Shown: piece after piece, positions 54,414 through 64,000 of the stretch
Numbering within the stretch: position 1 is the first letter of the stretch
Layout: the number at the start of each line of letters is the position of its first letter
From: Octopus sinensis
Taxonomy: Eukaryota
Length of the DNA: 64,000 bases
Direction of reading: 5' to 3'
Assembly: GCF_006345805.1 (NCBI RefSeq)
Contig: NC_043003.1
Coordinates: 116,250,001-116,314,000, forward strand
Translations under genes and position numbers: made by a program
The notes under the pieces: generated by a model
The model's input: only the letters and a program-made list of their open reading frames with translations
What the model was told of the DNA's origin: nothing
The model's database searches: none

Positions 54414-56835
54414 ATATATACATATATATGTATATATACATATATATATATACATAGATGTATATGTGTATATATACATATATAAATATATATCTATACA
54501 CACACATATATATACATGTGTATATGTGTACATGTGTATATGTATATATATGTACGTGTGTGTAAGTATATATGTATGTTTGTATTATGTATTATGTATA
54601 TTTGTATATATATATACGTATGCATGTATGTATATATACAATGTTTTACTAGACAAATGTCACAGATATCAAATATACAAGAACTTTTTCATCAAATATA
54701 CGACGCATGACTTCCTAAATATATATCTTTCTTATCGATTAAATAATATTTTTACTTGTCAAATATATATCTGTCTTATCAATTATACAATATCTTCCTT
54801 GTCAAATACACAATATCTTATTTTTATCAAATATATAATCTATATTTCTTGTCAAAAATAGAACATATATTTCTTGTCAAATATATAACTTTTTTTCATC
54901 AAATACCATAAATACCTCCTCAAAAATAGAACCTATTTCTGAATGCTGTAACATTTAGCTGCTTCACTTTTTTTAACTATGGTATAAATTTATTTTATCC
55001 GAAGAAGAAACATAGCAACTCAGAAAGTCATTTTAGCTGAGATTATTTCTAAAGCAAGGTTGATTGTAAATTCACTACAATATGTAAATATCATCTGGCT
55101 CCACTGGAATGATTTTTCCGTTTTCGTTTTTCCTTCTTTTTTTTTTTGTCCTGTTAGGGGTAGGGGTTACTTGTATGAAGCAGTATTTGACTACATCGTC
55201 ATATGTTTCTATGTGAAATGCTAATCTGGCCCGAAATTGCAACCTAATATCACATTATTTCATGCAACTTGTGCAAGATCATAGATACAGGACTTGTGTT
55301 TTCTGTGTTTTGTAGTCTATTTTTTCTGTGGTCAAGTAATACATTAAAGGAACAGATTTATGAATGATGTGAAACTGTTGGTACTTCATTAACAATTTCT
55401 GATAAGATGCGGCTCTTTGTGAAACGGGGGTCAATAAATGTCGTCTGTGCTGCTAATATTGTTGGTAGGGTATTTACCACCAGAGCAGCTAACAACATAT
55501 TAGTCCTACAATGAAAGGCATTTTGAAAATGGACATTATCATAAACAAACTTATCAAAACTCGCTTCTTCTCTTTCTTTCGCAACACATTATATCAGGAT
55601 ATGACTTAAGAAATAGAGGCATCTCATTTCTAACACGGGAATTAGCAACGTAGCGGCTTCATTATTCGCACAGGAATTTCTGTTATTGAAGCAGTATATA
55701 TTTATGTTGTTCTTGTTTTTGGACTTGTTGTTGTATAGCTTACATCGAATTGTCTCAAATAAGGTTTATCAGACATGGCTTCATGTACTTCCTTCCGCTT
55801 GCATTGCGTTTTAAAATACTAAGTTCACTTTCATTACCCTTGTCTTTTATGCATAATAATTGACTCGTTAATGCAATAGTTCTATAGCAACGATGTGGAT
55901 GTGAGGAAGAAGATTTTTGATCAAATCTATCCAAGTGCTTTTTTTTTGTCCCTCTCTGTTTTTTTTTTTTACATCAGTGTATTTAGAAGTATATTATCCG
56001 TCCCCGCTGTTAAGAAAAGTAAGGGAAATTAGGCTATTTTGTCTAATTAGACAACTTTGTCTTTCCATGCATTAGCCCACTCGGTGACTCATATGTGCCC
56101 TGTTGCTGTCTTTTTGGGGGTTTTTTCTGCATCATTTTCAGTGAAATGAACTTAATGCTGCATGAACTTAATGAACTTCATGCTGCATAATAAACTGAGG
56201 ATGCTTAAGTTGACAGCTGACCCCCAAAATGAGCTCAGCGATTTGCTTTCATACTATAGTCTGTTATTAGACTGGGAACTGCACAGCTATATTTCAAGAA
56301 GAATTTTAAAGGAAGATAATATTTATTTCGTAAAGTATACTAGCCATCTTAATATGGCTAACCACTAGGGGTGGGGGTGTTACTGTAGCTTTTTAGCCCC
56401 AGGAGATCATCGTCTCCAGCTGGCTTTAGACACAATCCTGTGCCCTTTAATGATATTCGCAAAGGGAGGTCATCCCCTCTCGAAAACCTAAGTGATACTC
56501 ATGGACTGTAGTTTCGAGATTATTGTTCGCATTTGAATTAGAAATATTTTTGTTGCAAAATAAGTCTGAATTTAGAACAATTTGGAATGTTAACCATAAA
56601 AGACAGCTCAAGAAAATGTTGTTCCGTTAAATGATTATATCATGTGTGTATTTCTGTATTGTTCTCCGTGAGAACATAAAGAAAAGATGTTCAATTGGAT
56701 GTGGGAATGTTGAAGACTCGTATAATTTAAATATTCCGACCTCATACCTGGTATTTACTTCCACGTATTTGTCTTTGAAAAATTCGTTGTTCATTTGATA
56801 AGGGTACCTCTGATTAATATACCGAGAGAGATTAA

Positions 56836-57040
56836 GGTGGCGTGCTGGTAGAATCGTTAGCACACCTAGCTAAATTTTTCCAATACATTCGTCCATCAAT
56901 CTGAGTTCAAATTCCGCCGAGGTCGACTTTGCTTGTCATCTTTTCGGGGTCGGTAAAATAAGTAGCAGTTTGGCACCGAGGTCGATGTAATCAACTTAAC
57001 CCCACCCCCGAAAATGCTAGCCTTGTCTCAAAACTTGAAT
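56836..57040 (+). mobile_element. Degenerate family B SINE
   Basis: GAGTTCAAATTCCGCCGAGGTCGACTTTGC motif. Confidence 0.75.
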
Positions 57041-57124
57041 CGAATATTACAAAGTGTGTAACGGCAGAGAACTGGCACTATACAGCCAAAACTTGAAATT
57101 GATATAATATTTTGGATAAGAACA

Positions 57125-57540
57125 GGAGCAGGAGTGGCTGTGTGGTAAGTAGCTTGCTAACCAACCACATGGTTCCGGGTTCAGTCTCACTGCGTAGCAT
57201 CTTGGGCAAGTGTCTTCTGCTATAGCCCCGGGCTGACCAATGCCTTGTGAGTGGATTTGGTAGACGGAAACTGAAAGAAGCCTGTCGTATATATGTATAT
57301 ATATAAGTGTGTGTGTGTATGTTTGTGTGTCTGTGTTTGTCCCCCTAGCATCGCTTGACAACCGATGCTGGTGTGTTTACGTCCCTGTCACTTAGCGGTT
57401 CGGCAAAAGAGACCGATAGAATAAGTACTGGGCTTACAATGAATAAGTCCCGGGGTCGATTTGCTCGACTAAAGGCGGTGCTCCAGCATGGCCGCAGTCA
57501 AATGACTGAAACAAGTAAAAGAGTAAAGAGTAAAGAGTAA
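57125..57540 (+). mobile_element. tRNA-derived SINE, family A
   Basis: Near-consensus copy. Confidence 0.93.
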
Positions 57541-58273
57541 CAATCGCCAGTTCGTTTGCTTTCCTTGGATATTTCATTGAACGTCTGTATTCTTAGACGA
57601 ACGTAAAACGATTCACAAAGAATCCTTTTTGTTTCTGGCTGTTATAACTGTTACTGCGTTCATAATTTTAGGCGTTCCTTGTTATGAATTTTATTAATAG
57701 TGAAGGATGTGTTGTTAACCTGAGTGAATTTCTAACTAAATTACACAAAAAGAAAATCTAACTATTTAACATGAGCATGAGGGTGTACGAGTGTGTAACA
57801 CGCGCATGCGTGTCTAGCTGTCACTGTCTCTGAGTTTGTATGCATCTCCAAGTAGTTGAGAACCGCTGACAGTCAACTGATGAGGCTTATATTAATAACA
57901 ATAATGATAATATTAATAAAAAATAACAACATGAAGAATAATATTTGAAGGAAGAAGAGCAAAAGCAAAAACAAGAGGAAAAAAATAGCCAGAGTAGCAA
58001 AAAGGAACAAAAATAATAAATATGCGAAAGAATACGTGAAAGAAATCTGAAGAAAGTAGAGATGTGTTTAGCGAAGCGATGAGAAGATTCCTCTTATGAG
58101 ATATCGGGAAATTTATGGGGAGAGAACCATTTGCGAACAAATTACAAATTCAAAACCCTCATACTTTATAAAGGTATATTTATGAATACCCCCCACCCGC
58201 ACACACCCACACACACGTATGTACATTCATACATTCACACTTACCTAAGGATGTCTGTGTGCATGCGTGTGAG

Positions 58274-58330
<57 letters not shown>

Positions 58331-58420
58331 ATATACATATAAATAGAGAGATAGATATAGATATATGTATATACATATATATATATATATATGACATGTT
58401 TATAACACATGCACACACAT

Positions 58421-58451
<31 letters not shown>

Positions 58452-58679
58452 ATATATATGCATACATGTATATTATTTATGTTCCTGTGTGCACAAACAC
58501 GCGCACTTATTATATATATATATTTATATGTATGTGTATATATATATATTATATATATTTATATGTATATATATATATATTATATATATATTATATGTAT
58601 GTGTATATATATATATATATACATATATACATATATATCTATATCTATATATATATATATACATATAATATATATATAA

Positions 58680-58769
<90 letters not shown>

Positions 58770-58798
58770 TATATATAATATATATATAATATATATAT

Positions 58799-58861
<63 letters not shown>

Positions 58862-59384
58862 ACAGACGTGGTGTGCTATGCGGTAGGCTTACGAGTGACA
58901 GTGACTATGTCGTGATGTAGCGTTAAGGAGATCAAAACTTTCAGCAACCAACATTACAGAAGCTTCTTCTTCGATCACACAACTCAACAAAGATAAAACA
59001 CTTCTATTCCCAATAACTTGTTATTAGTAGCACTGTTTTTATCATCATCATCATCATCATCATCTCTGCCCCTTTCAACTGCACATACCCTAGGGTACTT
59101 CTGCATTATTCCCTATAACTTATTTATAGACATTATTGCATTTATAACAGTGTGTGTGTGTGCGTGTGTGTGTGTTCTTATATGAGTCTATGTCTGTGTT
59201 TGGGAATACATTGTAGAGCTCTGGATTCCCGTATTATATGCGTTCTCTTTGCATAAATTTTGTTATGCTTCTTTTAAAACATTATTTATTTCAATTTATC
59301 ATTTCTGACAATACACCCCTCTCACTTGAGACAATTTTCTGTTTATTATTTGCCAACACATCGCCCCTTTATCATATATATATA

Positions 59385-59470
<86 letters not shown>

Positions 59471-61009
59471 TGTGTGTGTGTGTGTCTGTGTGTATGTATG
59501 TATGTATGTATGTATGTATGTATGTATGTATGTATTGTAAACAAACTCATAAGCGCCGGATGTTTAGGTAATATACAGAAGAAAATAATGGGGATCGCGA
59601 ACGCAAGATGGTTGTGAGGAAAACTTAAAGAATTAGGTAAATACTCGTTCGAAAAGTGACCAGCAAGCTGAGCTGGAATGTGAGAAGTGCAGGTTTCGAT
59701 TCCCTGTCGATGATTGCTGTCCCCTTTTTTCTCCGTCTTTTAAAGGTTATTTAAGCTGTCCTTACGGCCTTCTTGCACGTACGAACTCATTTATTATATA
59801 TGTAGAAATGAATGTGTTTGTGTGTGGGAGGCGGTGTATGTGTGTATTTTCTTGACCAACTCAACGGTTTAATTATTTATGTTGATTTGTCTTGCATTGA
59901 CCCCTGATTTCGTCCTGTAATTGCCTGATTGTATTTCGAAGAAAGTTGAGTCCAAATTTCCAGTCGCCGCATCATGATTTTAACCATTATTCTGAGGAAC
60001 ATCACTGCATTGCTTTACAAAGGTTGTTCTTGACCCGGGCTTAATTTTGTGCCGCACTCTGCGTTGCAGTTTTATTTGTTTAATTATGACATTTTATATT
60101 TTATTTCTTTATATTTGTTCTCGCAGTTTCTGCAGCTATCATCTTTTCCCTTGTCAAAATGCGATGGACTTTTGCTGACGATTAGTAGTCCCATCTGAAA
60201 AGGCATCTAATAGCTTGTCGCTTTTAAAAGGGTTCCATGTCATTTATGATATTTCCAGAGCGATGGCTACAGCTGATCCCGAAACTGGAATCCTGCGTTT
60301 CGTATTGCTTCTTCTCCTGGCCTCCAATCCTTTTCTGTCTCGTTTTAGTGTCTTGTATATTCTTTCTTACGGGCAAAAATCTTTATAAAGCTTACTAAGA
60401 CATGAGTATCGATTAGCCCTATTTCCCCGCACAGTTATTATTTGCTTTAGCTCAGCGCTCTAAATTGAGCACATTTCTGGTATAACCTTGTAACCTTCGG
60501 TTACCATTAGGAATCGCAAGACCCTTCTCATTTTCCCTGACCCCCTCTCCCCAGTTCTTCTTTAACCACCCACCCATAAATTTGGCGGACAGCCAAAGAT
60601 TTATTTGGCATCCCTTATATCGTCATAAAGATTATATTTCCCAACTATTGTATGTGTTTGGCACACACAGTGGTTAGAACATGCATCACAGATATATATG
60701 GACAACAATTTCACCCAATGGTTTGGCGCTGAATCTTCGTTTTTGGAAGCAGTAAACTGCATCATTACATTTCTCCACATCGTATCAGAGGTTCTCTCAT
60801 CTATGTCTTCTGAGAGGCGTTTGCTGAACAAGTAACATTCGTTTCAAATTTGGCCCCAGTCCACGGCCATTTATTCTTACTACTCTCAATCAATGTCCGC
60901 CAATCGGAAAAACTTCCAAGATAGGTAATTGAGGATGTTCGTTGAGAAAGGCGTGTGTTGTCCAGTTCTTAGTCAGGATGATGTCCCTTTAAATCCCGTC
61001 TAGTTGGAG

Positions 61010-61428
61010 AAAGGATAAGTCGATTACATCTACCCCAGTGTTCAACTGGTACTTATTTTATAGACCCCTAAAGGACCCGAAAGAACCCCAAAGGGTGAAT
61101 GGTAAAATCGATCTCAGTGGAATTTGAACTCGGATCGTAAAAATGGACGAAATACTCTGTGAGTTAAAAGTTCAGTCAGCTCGCTGCTCTAACAATAGTA
61201 ATAACAATAAGGGTTTCAAATGTTGCCATCCCTGTAGACATTTTTTTGTGGGGAGGAGATAATTCGATTACATCGACTCCAGTGTTTCTCTGGCACTTCA
61301 TTTATCGATCCCGGGAGGGTGAATGGCAAAGTCGACCTGAGCGGAACTTGAACTCAGAATGTAGCGGTAGACGAAATACAGCTACACATTTCGCCCGACG
61401 GGCTAAAGATTCTGCCAGCTCGCCGCCT
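61010..61428 (-). mobile_element. Two degenerate family B SINE copies
   Basis: Reverse-complement matches to the family B head and core at ~61010-61195 and ~61255-61428. Confidence 0.7.
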
Positions 61429-61749
61429 GATAAAAATAATATTGATAATAATAATAATAATAACAATGAGAAGATGAAGAAGAAGAAGGAAGAGGAGGAT
61501 GAGGAGGATGAGGTGGGGGTGGGGAGGGGAGGGGAAAAAGAAGAAGAAAAAGAAGAAGCAGAAGGAGGAGGAGGAGGGAGAAGAAGAAGAAGAAGAAAGA
61601 GGAGGAGGAGGAGGAAGAAGAAGGAGAAGGAGGAGGAAGAAGAAGAAAGAGAAGAAGAGGAAGGAGAAGAAAAAGAAGAAGAAAAAGAAAAGGAAGAAGA
61701 AGAAATTTAAATTTGATGTTTTCTTAGAGACCCTCATCAACACTGTAGG

Positions 61750-61780
<31 letters not shown>

Positions 61781-62554
61781 GGCAGCATGCTTATAGCGAT
61801 CATATTATCAGTCTCTAATAATCATCACAACATTCATCTTCCTACGCATCAACGTCATCATTTCCAATATCATCATCATCATCATCATTATCATCATCAT
61901 CATCACTTTCATCACCGTCGTTGTCGCTCTCATCTTTGTCTCTCAGAGCTGTCTTTTTCATGATAACATGCGTATTTTAAACATCCCCACCCCACACACA
62001 CACCTACGCAAAAAAAAAACGAAAAAAAAGACAAATCCATGCAGATATCCACAATTACAGTTACAAACAACCAAACAAAAAAAAAAAAACAAAGAAAACA
62101 ATGACATGAGTCTCCACATTGGAACCGGTACACACCAAAATAGCACGTATAACGTTGTATTTTTTTTTATGACCGTTTTTATTTTGGCGTTTGGCTTTTG
62201 GATTTTTTTGTTTCTTCAATTTTTGCATATCTCTATCTCGCTCTACGGATTCTCTCCTCCACCCATTGTCATATGCAGCCGCTGTCAAGCGGACATTCAG
62301 CTGAAGATTGAAAACAAATGCAGGAATGAAATAATAAAAGAATAACTATCAAACAATGAGAGGCCGAAATGGAGAGGTGAGGGAGGAAAAAATATGAGAA
62401 ACGAGAACAACAAGAACAACAGTATCAAGACAGAAGCACCGACAGATACAATGGCAATGAGGCAACAACAACCACTACCACTACCACTACTAATATTAAT
62501 ACTACTGCTACTTTTACTACTACAACATTTACAATTACTACTGCAAATAATAAA

Positions 62555-63170
62555 GGCGGCGAGCTGGCAGAAATGTTAGCACGCCGGTCGAAATGCTTAG
62601 CGGTATTTCGTCTGCCGTTACGTTCTGAGTTCAAATTCCGCCGAAGTCGAATTTGCCTTTCATCCTTTCGGGGTCGATAAATTAAGTACCAGTTACGCAC
62701 TGGGGTCGGTGTAATCGACTTGATCCGTTTGTCTGTCATTGTTTGTTCCCTTTGTGTGTAGCCCCTTGTGGGCAGTAAAGAAATAAGAAATGCTAGCACG
62801 CCGGTCGAAATGCTTAGCGGTATTTCGTCTGCCGTTACGTTCTGGGTTCAAATTCCGCCGAGGTCGACTTTGCCTTTCATCCTTTCGGGGTCGATAAATT
62901 AAGTACAGTTACGCACTGGGGTCAATATAATCGACTTAATACCTATGTCTGTCCTTGCTTGTCCCCTCTATGTTTAACCCCTTGTGGGTAATAAAGAAAT
63001 AGGTATTTCGTCCTCCGTTACGTTCTAAGTTCAAATTCCGCAGAGGTCGACTTTGCTTTTCATCCTTTCGGTGTCGATAAATTAAGTACCAGTTACGCAC
63101 TTAATCTGTTTTGTCTGTCCTTGTTTGTCCCCTCTATGTTTATCCCCCACTAGGCAATAAAGAAATAAAT
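62555..63170 (+). mobile_element. Head-to-tail trimer of family B SINE, progressively 5'-truncated
   Basis: Units start at ~62555, ~62787 and ~63002. Confidence 0.88.
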
Positions 63171-63177
63171 TACTACT

Positions 63178-63392
63178 ACATCGAAGGAGAGGGGCTTTCT
63201 CCGTCCGGGTTGCGGATCCGTGGAATAAGCTGCTGGACGAGATAGTGAAGATGTCGAAGACCGCTCGGTTCAAAGTCTCCATCGACCACAAATGGCCTGA
63301 ACTCTTTGCATGAACATCACCCTGTACATAACTCCATGTCCCCCTACATGGCCTTACTTTTTGATTTTTGAGCCAAAATATTAACTAACTAA
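63178..63392 (+). mobile_element. CR1-clade LINE 3' end
   Basis: Same family as 35392-35680 (RRRGAFSVRVADPWNKL...FKVSID), with (TAAC)n tail. Confidence 0.85.
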
Positions 63393-64000
63393 AAATAACG
63401 TAACAAAACTAAAATAACAAAAAACAACAACAGAAAAAAAAACTAAAAGAATCCTGTAACCTCACAACAATCGCCACCACTGCTATTCCAGCCATTAACT
63501 ACAATAACAGCACATGGAAAGAGCAACAACAACAACAACAACGACAACACTTTAAACTGCCACAACAACACTAACAATAAAAATAACTACGCAGTAAGCT
63601 TGTACGCATTCACTTGTCCGGCTGGCAAGACATAGTAGCTACATTACCTGAAATCATATTCAAAAGAGCAAGTAAAAGTAGTCCATATATTTTTTAAATG
63701 TCGAGATAGCCACGGACGAAAAGTTTTCGATTGTACCAAACCTATCCAATTAGATTGCACTAAATAACAACAATTGCAAGATACCAAAGGTTAGTCATTG
63801 TTTTGACAGTGACTTCGAAAGCAATCCTCCATGCAAGAAATACATTTCCTATGGTAAATATTGCGCATGCTACAGACATGGAACACTTCTTATTACAACA
63901 TAAAACTAATTTCTCAGAATCAGAAATATAAATGGAATATATCGAAGCACGTTCGAGATTTTTTTTAAATGTCAAAACGTACTCACTTTTTGCAGAGAAT

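Noticed and set aside
57870-57895. CTGATGAGGC hammerhead-like 5' box
   Set aside because: No matching stem II or GAAA downstream.

Overview
AT-rich, repeat-saturated animal genomic DNA, most likely from an octopus or another coleoid cephalopod. This is inferred from the tRNA-derived SINE families, the extreme (TA)n/(CA)n/(TAA)n density and an invertebrate-code mitochondrial nad2 insertion. I found no intact host protein-coding gene, and nearly all ORFs in the supplied track are microsatellite artefacts. The window holds a Neptune-type Penelope-like retroelement (PLE; RT plus GIY-YIG) with a partial tandem copy, a (TAA)n-targeted R4/Dong LINE, CR1 and RTE 3' ends, several Tc1/mariner fossils and about 20 SINEs of three modular families. 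It also holds a nad2 NUMT whose empty site survives in a nearby paralog. The most striking unannotated signal is a set of about ten hammerhead-ribozyme (HHR) motifs in at least four architectures. (1) A fully canonical type I HHR in a 483-bp direct-repeat unit (retrozyme-like). (2) An inverted pair of HHRs with a ~100-nt domain II and compensatory stem I changes. (3) A U3-A8 core variant in a near-perfect ~600-bp palindrome. (4) Minimal A6U-variant HHRs bracketing the PLE. A candidate non-coding exon containing a pre-miRNA-sized hairpin lies at ~6.2-6.4 kb. All coordinates and folds were read by eye; boundaries of degenerate elements are approximate.
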